Shown: piece by piece, positions 25,531 to 38,674 of the stretch | Layout of the letters: every line of letters starts with the position of its first letter | Position numbering within the stretch: position 1 is the first letter of the stretch | NCBI RefSeq assembly: GCF_018977255.1 | Contig: NW_024704742.1 | Coordinates: 104,968,001 to 105,032,000, forward strand | Length of the DNA: 64,000 nucleotides | Reading direction: 5' to 3' | From: Callorhinchus milii | Lineage: Eukaryota | Program-made: the position numbers and the translations under genes | The notes under the pieces: generated by a model | Databases searched by the model: none | Told to the model about the DNA's origin: nothing | What the model saw: the letters and a program-made list of their open reading frames with translations, nothing else

Positions 25531-27102
25531 GTTTGTTGTTTTTTAATCTTTGTTTTCATTATTTTATATCCGATTTATTGCCATTAAAGTGTACCTTTCT
25601 GATGCATGTTTGTAACCTGGCTATGAAGTTTTTTTTACAGTATTATCTCTGTTGGTGATTGATTAATTCAGAGGGGTGAAAACTAATTAAGTTGGTAAAC
25701 TAAATCTGTGTCTTGGTTATAATTTTTGCATTTGATATAGTGTCATCATTTTGTCGAGACATCTCAAAGCAGATGGGAGCTTGATTTATCATCTCATTTG
25801 AAGGATGAACTATTTTAATTTTTGAAAAGTGCTAATCTGTACACAGTTTCCTTGTATTCATAGCTTGAAATTTCAGCTCTAATAAGATCATAAACATTTT
25901 ACTACCTTACCTCAGCCTAACTCATCACCTAGCACTCTTGGTTCTGGGTCACAAAGCTGTAGGTTCAAGCTTTGTGTTGAGATGCTGAGCTTACAGTCAT
26001 GTTTCTATAAAGACGAATGGCTGCTTCTATCAGAACTCACCTCTTTGCTGAAATGGATATGTTCTCAATCAATACAGGCAAGAACATCTTTCATTTATAT
26101 AATACTACTTTTTATGCTCTACTGTAGTACTCTGGAGTGCTGCATTTTCAGAGGTGACATCCTGCAGATGATAAATGAATTCAAATTTTAACTGTTAAGG
26201 ACAAAATAGATTACTATCCTCAGTACTTTATTTCTAACATGCATTTGGTTATTATATGGTGCCTCCCCCTCCCCCATTCACTGTGTACAGCTGACTACAC
26301 TGGCACTGTTTGGAAAGAATAGGAATTTCTCCAGATAATTGGGCATTTACTTCATGGCTGTTTCTTGACCATAACGTCTATAAATTAGCTGCCACATTTG
26401 CCTACAAATACAGTTACTACACTTTGACTCATACCCAGTGAACTGAACTTCTGGAAAACTTTAAAAGCCACTTCACTTTTGTATTTATATCCTTGCTTTC
26501 AAAAATCTGCGATGACTCATCACTTTGATTATGCCCTTTCTCATTTCTAAACTGCTCTCACTTCTTGTTCAGTTTCCATCACTCTTAAGTGTTTTGAAGC
26601 ATTCTTTACAAAAGTGGCATTATATAAATGAAAGATGTTCTTGCCTGTATTGATTGAGAACATATCCATTTCAGCAAAGAGGTGAGTTCTGATAGAACTC
26701 GTCTTTATAGAAACATTCATCTGGAGAGCCTCCACTCTGGATCTCCAAATTCGTCAAACCTTCAACTTCAAGTCAAATTGTTTTGATTTCAGTGGCAATA
26801 GTTGTTGAAATAGCCATTTGGGTTCATAAATTTGGTGAGTTCGACATTGCCAGAAGTGATTTCATAGGCAGTTAAGCAAGATGCGAGCAGCATTTATATA
26901 ATAACATGTCTATGACTAAACTGCAAAATGAGCAATTTAGTAACAAAAATAAGTTTATAGCACAAAATTGATCTAATGGAGTGGAAACTTTCAATGCAGC
27001 GCTCTTTATTCTTCTCCTCCTCCTCGTCTTTCAGCTATTTTTCTCCCTGCTGTACCAAATGGTAACTAGATGCAGGAAGCCTGCTAGTTGCAGCTAGAAG
27101 TG

Positions 27103-27388
27103 TAATAATAATAATAATAATCCTTGCATTTGATATAGCGCTTTTTACGTCTTCTAGACATCCCAAAGCGCTTCACAGAATAATAATAATAATCCTTGCA
27201 TTTGATATAGCGCTTTTCACGTCGGGAGGACGTCCCAAAGCGCTTCACAGAATAGACTGTAAAGTGAATTGACTGTATATTTGTGGGCGAACGCGGCAGC
27301 CAATTGCGCACAGCAGTGTCCCACAAACAGTCATGGATTGAAAATGACCAATTTATTATTGTTTTTTGTTTTTTTGGAGGGATTATTA
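27103..27388 (-). mobile_element. Headless SINE with duplicated 3' tail
   Basis: Two tandem tail modules, each ending in (TTA)n. Confidence 0.85.
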
Positions 27389-28570
27389 TGAACGTCTGTC
27401 AAGTTCACAGTGCAACTACAAACAGACCTACACTGTCCCGGGGAGTTTTGGAATATAATCTGAATGTATTCTCTTTTGGTTTCAAGTGGATCTGCCTCGC
27501 AGATCACTTAATTTAGATGTTTTGCTGTGTACTGCAGTGTATTTGGAAAAGATTGTTTCGCCTACAAAATACAGTCACTCCACTTTACAGTATATTCTGT
27601 GAAGTGTTTTAAGACTCCTCGGCAATATGAACGGTGCAATATCAAATGTAAGGATTATTTACTATCTATTCTTTCAACCCAGATAATGTTTTTAAAGTTG
27701 TGGTCATCTTTTCTGGAGTATGTGACCTTATGGTAATGAGGGAACTTAGTATTTAGATCCCTTTTCGTGGTCTTTTTGTTTGCATTGAAAATACGGGTTA
27801 CCAAAATTCAAATTTTAACTATTAAGGACAAAATAGACTACTATCCTCAGTACTTTGTTTCTAACATGCATTTGGTTATTATATGGTGCCCCCCCTCCCC
27901 CATTCACCGTGTGCAGCTGACTACTTGTTCCTGCACGCTTTCCACTTTCACACAAAATGCAGGTCGTTACCACTGAATTCATTTCTTGTTTGTTGGGCAT
28001 GCTGTCATTTTAGATTTTTATGCATATGGGCAACAAACTAGAAGTGATATCGGTGATGACCTGATGACTTAGAAGTTTGTGGAGGCTCAGTACAGGAACA
28101 AGAAAGCTGTGTATATGCACAGTGAAACTATCCATTTCACTTCACTGATTTTATGGATTCCCAACCACCACATAGTAACAAGATTTCACTGTAGTGTGTT
28201 TCATTATACTGTGTAGGTACTTCACGTTTAGTATTCCACTGGAGCCATTGGAAATAAATTTGGTTGTCTGGTAAAATGCACTGTATTTTTTGTACAATGA
28301 TAGGAGGTGACTTTTCTTTTCTCCATGAAAAGTGTAGGAGGGTTCCTCTGGAGTATGATGAAGTGTATCTCACTGTTGTGGGAGATGTCGCAAGGCTGCT
28401 TTCTGCTTGGTAAGAACTGATGTAATGTCATTTAAGGTAAAGTGTTAGCTCAGCATTGAACAGTATTAGCATGGGAGATAATAAAATCTGTGACCTGTTC
28501 AGACTTTGTGATGGGAAATAAGGTGTAGAGGTGTTGAGCATATAAAGGTTGTAAGATGCACATTTGACAT

Positions 28571-28945
28571 GGAGTCCTGTAGCTCAGTGTTTAGAGCACT
28601 CATCTCACAAGCGAGATACCTGGATTTGATTCCCGGCCAGGTGAAATATTGTGCAAGTTTCCTTACTCCACATGCCTCTGTTTATCTAACAGTAAGTAGG
28701 AACCCAGTTGTTAGTCAATTGGCGGATCGCTTTTACAGAGATAATAATTCCTTCAAAAAAATAATATTAATAAATTAGTCAATTCAATCCACGACTGTTT
28801 GTGGGACGCTGCTGTGGGCAGTCGGCTGCCGCGTTTTGTTCACAAAATATACAGTGAATTTACTTCACAGTATATTCTGTGAAGCTCTTTGAGATGTCTC
28901 ACAAAGACAACATAAGGTGCTATATCAAATGCAAGGATTATTATT
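28571..28945 (+). mobile_element. Full-length tRNA-derived SINE
   Basis: Box A/B head, core and (TTA)n tail. Confidence 0.9.
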
Positions 28946-29430
28946 TTGAATGCCTATTACAAATTCATCAAGAAAACTTTGGATTTGAATGTTCTGCTTT
29001 GTTAGTAACTAGCTGTAACTCAACTATTTAATGTGCAAGTTTAAAAATACATTGCTCAACTAGTTTTGAATGTTAAATGATGCGTTCAAATAATTTCTTA
29101 CTAATACACTTTTAGATGAAACTTCAGTTCAATTGACTTCAACTTCAGTTCAATTGAGCATATTCGGTGAATTTTGGTATTTATGTTTCTCCTCTTCCCC
29201 CCTCTCCCCTCCCATACATTGTAATTTGCTGATGAATATTCAAGTCAAAATTAATAAAACTGTCCTAGTTTCTGCTTGAGAATATTTTTACTACTTAAAA
29301 ATGTAATAACGTATCAACTTTTCCTATTTAACAGCTCAGTGAACAAAGGCCCCAGAGATAATAAATCATGATTTGAAAAATTAATTTTGAAAGAGAGTCT
29401 TTATATTGCATATTTGAACTTCTTTTCCAG

Positions 29431-29539
29431 GTTGCTGGATGAGCTTGGAGAAGGACTTGCAGCTCAAGCCATTTCATCCGTTGATCCGCAACTTCTTACA
29501 TTTATGGCTCTTGAAGAGCGATTGGCTCAGGCCATGCAG
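29431..29539 (+). CDS. PJA2: Praja-2 coding exon
   Basis: AQAISSVDPQLLTFMALEERLAQAMQ; TTCCAG acceptor and CAG|GTAGTA donor. Confidence 0.93.
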
Positions 29540-30795
29540 GTAGTAATCATTAAAACATTATTTATCTGTATTTGCCCTGTCAGCTTTTCTTTCCCAAGGT
29601 AATCTGCTGAATAGCTGCTTAAGGAGGGCTCCTTTTTTTCTCTTTATGAATGCAATTTTGTCCTCCCAAAGTGGAAGTCTGAATTTTGTTTTGTCCAATT
29701 AATGTACTAGTTATCTAGGCTTTTTGCAGTCTAAAGCGAGGTTAGTAATAATCTGAACCAGAATAAGGTGGTCCCTCAACACCTCTTAATTTGTCTTCAC
29801 TTTTTCACATCTTATCAAGAGATATTTATCTAATTATTGTATCGTCCTCTATACAAATTTAATTAATATATTTTTTCATTATGTGGGCATTCTAAGGACT
29901 CTGGCGTTTTTATTGGTGGTGCCAATCTCACTTTCAGCACTAAGATCTGGGTCAGCCCTATTCGAAAATCATGTTCAGTTGAATGGATGCTTAATTAAAG
30001 TTTGCATTGCTGGAAGAAATACTTCTGGTAAAGCAGCATTCCACAAGGTCCACTCTTGCCTCTTAGGCATCCTTAAAGCAGGTATTCATTTTTAGCATTT
30101 GTTAATTAGAGAAATAATCACTGTACCATCACCAGGCACTATTACTTTGATTTACCAGCTGTGGATGAAGTATACCTAACATGCTGACAACTTGAGTTTC
30201 AGCTCACTGGCAACTCCATTGTCTTCAGACTTACTATTGTCAGGCTCCATCAGTGTGTGGAAGATGAATGAAGTAAACAAGAGAATAATATCTGCCTTGC
30301 ATGGAACTTCATACTTTGAGGACATCCTCCAAGCAGTAAATATTTGGTGGATGTGTGGAAGAGCATGCTGTTTCTTCTTGCCAAATATGGATTTTAAAAC
30401 AAGTCCCAGATTTTAAAAAAATCAAGGTGTAGAATGGAGTACAGGAGAGAGATCCCTAACATTAAGTAAGATGTCACAACCTGTTGGAGGAATATTTATT
30501 GCGGTCTTTTTTCCTGGGGGAGGCAGGAAGGGTTTGTCTTCCGGCCCCCATTCAAAGCATAAAGACCCTATAACACCTTGTATTTATAGTACTCTTCTTT
30601 GAGGTAGCATCTTATTAGAGCGCTACAGGGTAGGTAATCTATATTTTCAAACTTCTCCGTTTAAATTACAGCAGTAGATAGCTATGCTATAAGTGACTTG
30701 TGCCTGATCTGACTGTGCTTCATCATATTATGTAAGAAGGCAGATAGTAACAGATTCAGCACATATTGCCCCTTTTCCTTCCCAGCCTATATAAA

Positions 30796-31012
30796 AAAAT
30801 AGAAGTTGGTGGGAGCACTCAGCAGGTCAGGCAGCATCTATGGAGAAAGGAAAGTGAGTCAATGTTTCGGATCCACGACCCTTCAGTTCTGACCAAGGGT
30901 CGTGGACCCGAAATGTAGACTCACTTTCTCCCTGGATGCTGTCTGATTTGCTGAGTGTTCCCACTGACTTCTGTTTTTGTTTCAGATTTACAGCATCTGC
31001 AGTATTTTCGTT
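30796..31012. mobile_element. Penelope-like pseudo-LTR in inverted (hairpin) arrangement
   Basis: CTCAGCAGGTCAGGCAGCATC… mirrored by GATGCTGTCTGATTTGCTGAG around TCAGTTCTGA; same sequence as 42566-42700. Confidence 0.8.
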
Positions 31013-31139
31013 TTGTATATAACAAAAAATAATCTGGTTTAAAATGCATCTTTGTGTTTAACATGAAGTGAAAACTGCTGAATAAGGTTTTGGTTCCTTA
31101 CCTGAAAACTAAAACTTTTAATTCTGTTTTGATTGAAAG

Positions 31140-31254
31140 GCTGCCTTGGCACACCTCGAGTCTTTGGCGATAGATGGGGAACAAGCTCCACCTCCAGCTA
31201 CCAAGGACACAATTGAAAAATTACCACAAATTTCAGTTACCGAGGAACAAAATG
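31140..31254 (+). CDS. PJA2: Praja-2 coding exon
   Basis: AALAHLESLAIDGEQAPPPATKDTIEKLP; AAG acceptor and G|GTAACG donor; phases fit. Confidence 0.92.
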
Positions 31255-32493
31255 GTAACGAGTATAATTTGGATGTTACTAGTATACATTATTAGTATTT
31301 TTATCGGTATTTCCAAAAATTGGGGTTTAATTTCAAGTCAGTTGGATGGTAATTCTTGGCAATATTAATACAAGTTATGGTTGTATTTGTGCTTTTTTTT
31401 TAAATGATCACTATTTTATTGACAAATGAGCTTCTGAGAAGAAACCAAAGAGATCAACGGAGAGAGTAAAATGAATGAAACCTCAGCTTTAATGTAATAG
31501 TCTTTCAATTGAAATTACTGCCTTTGTAAATAATACAGTCATACTTGTCTCCAGTAAACTTTTTCTTCTTTAGCAGGAGATATTCTAGGGAGACTATAGT
31601 TTTGACTGCAGGGTATCAGAGGAAGATCTATGAAGCACAGTGGGTTATACAGATTTCACAATGATGAAAAGGCCACTTGAGATTCAGTTCACTGATCCAC
31701 AGGGTCAGTTTTTCTCTGACCTGGGGTGGGAGTTATGCTTCCTGCTTTTTGGATGATTCCTTTTGCTCTCCCTTTTTCCTCCTCTTCAGGTATTATATAT
31801 AGTGCTTTGTCTTATTAGGCAGGTTCTCTGCAATGAGAAACCCCAATACAGCCAGTCTAGGACTTGTTCTTCCTATAGTGCCCGTTCCATACTAATCAGG
31901 GCATAATCTTGCTACAATATTAAACTTGAATTCTATATTGTCCAAATAATACACGATTAAGGCAAGTTACTGTGAGTGAATTTTCTGCACACATCGTCTT
32001 GAGATACCTGCAGCTAGGCATTCTTTACAGTGCCTCCAGGGACACGCATTCAGTTGCCATAGGTCAAGATGAACAAGACGATTGTTTATTTCCTCAAGTG
32101 ACTTCCTTTGGGACGAAGCTACGGAATACATTAAAGTTACAAGGCCTGGGGATTCACATGGATCTGTTGCAGTCAATTGCCTATTTGTGATGAGAAATTC
32201 AGCTGAACCTAGTGTTCCTTTTTCTGAAGGTTATCTAAAAAGTTAAACCTTTCACAGATCATAGTAACCTAAGGCTTGAATTGAATTTACTGCGAGGGCA
32301 AATTAGATGCATTTAAACTCATGAATTGATAATTGAAAATATTTTATGATTTTTTTAAATTTCATATAGCTTCTGAGGTTTGTGGAGTACTACTTTGGTA
32401 TTTTACCTATGGATAAAGGTGATCATGAGACCAAAATTCATGCCTAAAAGGTTTCACATTTTTCCTCCATTTTTTTCATTTCTGTCATTTTGT

Positions 32494-32862
32494 GGAGTCC
32501 TGTAGCTCAGTGGTTAGAGCACTCGCCTCGCAAGAGAGAGACCTGGGTTCGATTCCTGGCAGAGCGAAATGCTGGTCAAGTTTCCTTACTCCACAAATCT
32601 CCACAAATGTTTACCTAGCAGCAAGCCTGTTGTTAGTTGATTTGCGATCGCTTTTCCAGGGGTAATAATTCCTTTTAAAAAAAAGTAATGATAAATTGGT
32701 TACTCAATCCATGACTGTTTGTGGGACACTGCTGTGAGCAATTAGTTGCTGCATTTCACCCACAAAATATACAGTCAATTCACTTTGCAGTATATTCTGT
32801 GAAGCGCTTTGAGATGTCTTGAAGACGTGATAAGGCTCTATATCAAATGCAAAGATTATTAT
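32494..32862 (+). mobile_element. Full-length tRNA-derived SINE (tRNA-Ala-like head)
   Basis: TAGCTCAGTGGTTAGAGC…CTCGC CT CGC AA…GGTTCGATTCC, followed by non-tRNA core and tail. Confidence 0.9.
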
Positions 32863-34227
32863 CTTCTGAGGCAATAAGTCACATTGGTTTCAGGAGTGCC
32901 ACAAACTCTGTATTACCTTTCTTCAGTGTTCAATGTGTGTGGCAAGTGGAGACTGAATATGATCCTGGCATCCACATGTTTATTTTCCAACTGAATGGCA
33001 ATTAAGATCAGGAAACCTGACTTTTTATTCTTTCTTGGAACAAAGGAATTTCTTTCTTTGTTCTTTCCTATTCTTTCTGTCATTACACCCAGTCCAGGCT
33101 GACACTTGTACTGTTCATATTACTTATTTGGGTGAGAAAAGCTAACATACTACAATGGGATCAGGAGGAGTAGGCCATTCAAGTTATCAAGCCTCTTCTA
33201 CTTCAATCCTATTTCCCCATTTTTTCTTCACATCCTTTAATCCCCTTACCTTCCAAACAGTTTTTTTAAACGACCCAACATTGTCTATTTTGTTTTGGAT
33301 CCCTCAACCAGAAGGAAGAGTCAATCCATATCTTACTCATCAGTTCTCATTTTCTTTTAAGTGCCTCAATCGGATCATCCTTTAACCTCCTTAGATCTAC
33401 GGATTATAAACCAAGTTTACTCAGCCTCTTAGCATATTTTAAACCCAGGAATTGATCTGATGACACCACTGGATTGATCCCTGAGGCACATCATTGTCAC
33501 TGTCTGTCAAACACGTTTCTTTTGATCCCAGCTATCTGAGTCCTAGCCCAGCCAATTTCCTCTCATGAAATTGTTTTCAATTCTGTGCACTTTAATTTTA
33601 ACCATTAATCTCTTATATAGCATCCTTATCAAATCAGTTGTTGTGTATTTAACTTTTTCACAAATTTAGTCTCATGCCTTCTACATTCTTTCAAAAAGAA
33701 CTGAGGTAAGCTTTTAGAACGAGGCTTAGACGTGCAAATGGGGTGGGGGGAAGACCTGCTTGTTCCTTGAATATTCTAGACATTTCCCCTATTGATTTCC
33801 CTCCCCTAGGATGAACTACATTCAAAGAAGACAACTTAATAAAGATGCATCTAGCATTCTGTATATCTAATACAATTCAGTTTATACACCAAAAATAGAT
33901 TTATCTTCAGTGTTCAGAAGTACAAACCCAAATATATGTTTTATTTCTTGTCATTATTCAAATGGAATGCAGGATTCAGTTCTGTGCACATGTTTTGTTT
34001 TTTCTCCTCTCCTCTCCTGAAGCTATTGCACTCATTTTTCTGCTGAAAAGAATAATGCATACTCTCAGTATTTTTTAAACCTGAAAACATTATATGGTTC
34101 TCTGCTTTGCTGATTTTGTTTCTTAAAAAGTATATTGACCTTTTTAGTTTTCATCAGAACTGTAGAATCCTGATTGTGTGTCTTTTTTCTCTGATGCAAC
34201 ATGAATGTTCTGTTTATGATTTTTCAG

Positions 34228-34343
34228 GCCTAGAGCAGTCCTGTGCCATCTGCTGCAGTGAATATGTGAAAGAGGAGTTGGTAACTGAATTGCCTTGCCA
34301 CCATCTATTTCACGGACCATGCGTGACCCTTTGGTTACAGAAG
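34228..34343 (+). CDS. PJA2: Praja-2 RING-H2 exon
   Basis: [41 protein letters not shown] acceptor and AAG|GTATGT donor. Confidence 0.96.
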
Positions 34344-36544
34344 GTATGTATGTGTACTTCTGATCTAATCATTTTTTTCACCAAAACTGTTTTCTCAGAG
34401 AAAAGTACGTGGAGTCCTGTTTATAATATGGTGATTGGGAGTCATAAAATCCCAAAAGACACAATGGTTAATTTCCCTCACATGAGCTTAAAAAAGGCCA
34501 TCAACCATGAATTGAATGACCAATTTTATTTGGAGGATTGTTTGCCACTGGAAGAAACTCCCTTCTCTTTTCGAATAGCGTTATGGGATCTTTAAAGCCC
34601 ACCTGAACAAGCAGACAGGATCTCAGTTTAATGTCACATCCAAAGGATGGCACTTGCAATGGTGCAGCGCTCCCCAGCATTGCATTGGAATGCTAGCTTA
34701 GACTCTGAGCTCAAAAGTCTTCAACCCACAACCTTCTGACACAGTGCTATCAAGTGAGCCAGGCTAACAGGAAACTATACCTTCATTTTGAGTTAGCTGT
34801 TACAAATGTGAACCAGCACTAAGGCCTGAAAAAGTTGACCATTTTAAACAAGATATCATGGTCTTGGAGAAATTGGAACAATAATGTGGAATGCATGATT
34901 GATTGCTGATTAAAAGAACTTGAAAGTAAGTTTTATACTCTAGCTGTGATCCACATTTATTAAAATAATAATACTTTCACTTCAAGGGGACATCTCAGAG
35001 CCCCTCATTGGATTTACTGTAAAATGTAGTGACTATGAATTCAGTACAAATTCAATTGAAATAGGGTTTATAAAACAGTGTTTTAAAAAATTGTTTGAAG
35101 AGGTTAGAAGGATTGTGTTTTTAACCTACTTTACATAGACTAAATTAAATATTATGGACTGTTTCTTATCTCCTTTTCTTGTTCAGCATTTTAAAATGCG
35201 ATTAAAAATTGTTAATTGCATAGAATATTGGTGATTGTGTTGTAGCATTTAAGAATACAGTTGAAACTCTTATAGCCCTCCGGGACTCTACCTCACATGA
35301 AGGGCGCTGTATAAATGCAAGTTGTTGTTATTTGCAATTACTATTCAGTTTGAACCACATTCCTGCTATGCTTCCTAATTAATTCTTCATGAGAAAATGT
35401 TTTATTTTAACCCCAAATCCATAAAATGTACCCAACTGTCCAAATATATTGCTTTAGAAACTACTTTGATTTACATTAAAATTTTTAGATTAAAAAGTCA
35501 TATTTATCCTGATGAGTGCTTTGAGCACATTAAAGTAGCTCACTTCTGCTTATCTAACTTGATATGTCAGAAACGTGTGCCTTCAAAATATCTGGGACAC
35601 TTTCAATTCTTGTACCATACTTTTGAAAAGCTATATCATGGATGAATTTGCATCTTTAAAGAAATGTGAACATTTTCTTCTATCCTAAAGCTTTCGCAAA
35701 ACATTGAGTGTTGTTGAATTTCCCTTCATAAAATGTGTGGATTTGACACCTAAATCCCTTCAGATGACCCATAATCACTGGCACTGAGCATAACCTGAAG
35801 TTTCCACTAGGTAATAATGTTTGAAGAGAATGTGAGTAGTGGTGGCAAGCAAGGAAGCTCAATCACAAGAGAGGCTCAGATGAAGAAGAGCTATGTTGTT
35901 ATCCTTGTAGAATACCTATTCTTTCAAATTCCCATTACAGAATCAAGCTTTTCTAAAGAGTCCAGTGTACTGACCTCTTATTCTATCCCTTTAAATCCAG
36001 CTCCGCTATAGATCGTTCCCTTCAATCTTCATTTGCTTTTCAACTGACTTTCAAGTGAAGTAATCCCGTTTGTCAGATTGAAATGGTCAATATTCTTTGA
36101 ATTCTCCAAAAATGGAGAAAAATAAAAATGTGAAATTGTTCAAACTTGTGTCCTTCTGCACGTTTTACACAAGGGAATCAAGGGAGCTGACCTGATCTTC
36201 TAATTATCTCATTTACAGAACCCTAATCCTTTTTTCAAAAGATCTACTTATTAAAATAATAATATTGTGAAGGAAAATTAGATTTGTCAGAACAAAATCT
36301 CTATGGGACATCATAATTTAGGAACAAGAGTAGGTCACTCAGCCTGCTCTACTAATAAACTAATGTCACCTCCAATTCAGTGTTCCTGCCTTTTCATATC
36401 CTTAATATCATTACTTACCTAACAATTAAGGACTGCATCATAAGTGTCAGCCTGGCACAGTTGAGTCACATCCATATTCTCAAGACTGTAAAGATTTTTT
36501 TCCCTCTAATCTTAATTTTTTTCTCTATAGCCCCGGAATCTATG

Positions 36545-36903
36545 ATAATAATAATCCTTGCATTTGTTATAGTGCCTTATTACGTCTTTGAGACGTCTCA
36601 AAGCTCTTCACAGAATATACTGTAAAGACTGCATAATTTATGGGGGAAATGCGGCAGTCAATTGCCCTCAACAGTGTCCCACAAACAGTCGTGGATTGAG
36701 TGACAATTTTTTTTTTTTTAAGGAATTATTACCCCCGGAAAAGTGATCCACCAATCGACTAACAACCGGGTTCCGACTTACTGATAGGTAAACAGAGACG
36801 TGTGGAGTAAGGAAACTTGCCCAACATTTTGCCCTGCTGGGAATTGAACCCAGATTCTCTAGCTTGCGAGGCGAGTGCTCTAACCACTGAGTTACAGGAC
36901 TCC
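36545..36903 (-). mobile_element. Full-length tRNA-derived SINE
   Basis: Reverse complement of the 32494-type element. Confidence 0.9.
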
Positions 36904-37467
36904 AGATTAGAATGAAGAATTGCTGAAGTAAGAGTAATATTCTGGAAAGTTTAAATCAAATGGGTCAAAGGAATTGCTGCATCTAAACCTCTTGTTTGCA
37001 TCCTACATTTGGATGTCCTGAGGCAACCTGAAGTGGTGAATTCTGAGTCCTGTTGACAGTTACCTGCTTGATTTTCTCATTCTTGCAAAGTTTAACCTCC
37101 AACATACAAAGCTCCTGTTCCTGTACTCAATTATTGAAGCTACTGTTCGGGTGAACATAAAAGATCCCACGGCACTATTCGAAGAGAGAAAGGAGTTTCT
37201 CCCAGCGTCCTGGCCAACAGTACTCCAGATAAAATTAGTCATTCACTTCATGGCTGTGTGTGTGACATTGCTGTATGCAAATTGACTGACAAGTTTGCCT
37301 ACACAATACACAGTCACTAAAATTCACAGTAAATCATGTAAAGCATTTTGAGAACTTGATAAGGTGCTATATACAGTTCTGACGATAACTAAAACACTCA
37401 TTATTTTTTATTAAATCATTCTAGATGCTAGGCACAGAAAGGCCAGGTTTCTTTGCTGATTAAGTCT

Positions 37468-38282
37468 ACAACAAAAACAAGATTACATTTGTATAGCGCC
37501 TTTCACGTCAGGAGGACGTCCCAAGGCGCTGGACAGTGTACAGCATTTCAGACCCGAGCTGGGGTCGGGAGGGGAAGGGAGGTGGTCAAAAAAGGGGCAT
37601 GGTCAAAGAGGAGGGTCTTGAAGCGGGACTTGAAAGAGGCTAAGGAGAGGGCGAGGCGGAGTGACTGGGGGATGGAGTTCCAGAGGTTGGGAGCAGAGTG
37701 ACTGAAGGCTTTCCTGCCAATGGTAGGGCGGGTGGGTCGGGGGACGTGGAGCAGGCTGGAGCCGGCTGAGCGGAGGGAGCGGGCGGGTTGGTAGGGGTTT
37801 AGGAGATCGCAGAGGTAGGGTGGGGTGAGGCCATGGAGGGCTTTGTAGGTGAGAACCTGGATCTTGAACTGGATCCTCTGAAGGATAGGGAGCCAATGGA
37901 GTCAGGTGAGAGTGGGGGAGATGGGGTCACGGAGTTTGGTGCGGGAGAGGATACGGGCTACAGAGTTCTGGATTATCTGCAGCCTGTGGAGGGAGGAGTT
38001 GGGAAGGCCGACAAACAGGGCATTTGCATAGTTGACCCTGGAGGTGATGAAGGCATGAACAAGAGTTTCAGCGGCCAGAGGGGTGAGGTAGTGGCGGAGT
38101 CGGGCGATGTTACGGAGGTGAGGGAAGGCAGAGCGGGTCATGGCTTGGATGTGGGGAAGAAAAGACAGTTGAGGGTCGAACAAGACACCCAGGTTCCTGA
38201 CTGGCTGGTGAGTTGCACTGTGCAACCATGGAGGTTGATGCTGCCAGAGCCTGAGGTGCTGAGGCACTGGTGGGAGCCAATC
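37468..38282 (-). mobile_element. L2 LINE 3' fragment in last PJA2 intron
   Basis: Same family as 43-835 with a complete 3' tail. Confidence 0.9.
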
Positions 38283-38536
38283 AGGAGTCAAGTGACAGTC
38301 TTGTCTGAAAGAGTAAGAATCCACTTTCTGCAAGGTGTTGGCCAGCATCTTGTGGTCTTTGGAATTCAAGAAATGCATTAAAAATCACAAAGATTACCCC
38401 CATATTCCATTCAAAAATAATTGTGGACTTATTGAAGTCCATCAAATTGGCATATATAGTGAGCAATATTCATGATGATGAGAGTTAAAGAGAAACTGAG
38501 CTATTGTTGACTTTGTGACAATTGTTTACTTTGCAG

Positions 38537-38674
38537 TCCGGGACATGTCCTGTGTGTCGCCACGTACTTACATCTACACTTACAGAAACCTCTACCGCAG
38601 CTGCGACTACTACTGCTGCATTTCTGTCAGAACCAGGCAGCCCTCCACCACGTGATGGGCCAGCAATCCGATGA
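38537..38674 (+). CDS. PJA2: Praja-2 last coding exon (RING end, stop)
   Basis: SGTCPVCRH…GPAIR then TGA at 38672-38674. The joined exons total 2145 nt, giving 714 aa with no internal stop. Confidence 0.95.
   Translation, partial: SGTCPVCRHVLTSTLTETSTAAATTTAAFLSEPGSPPPRDGPAIR

Noticed and set aside
27103..27260. CRISPR-like repeat-spacer pattern
   Set aside because: Eukaryotic DNA; these are two SINE tails without unique spacers.
32494..32565. tRNA-Ala-like genes here and at 6345, 28571, 43981, 62296 and others
   Set aside because: Acceptor stems are poor and each continues into a shared SINE body and tail.
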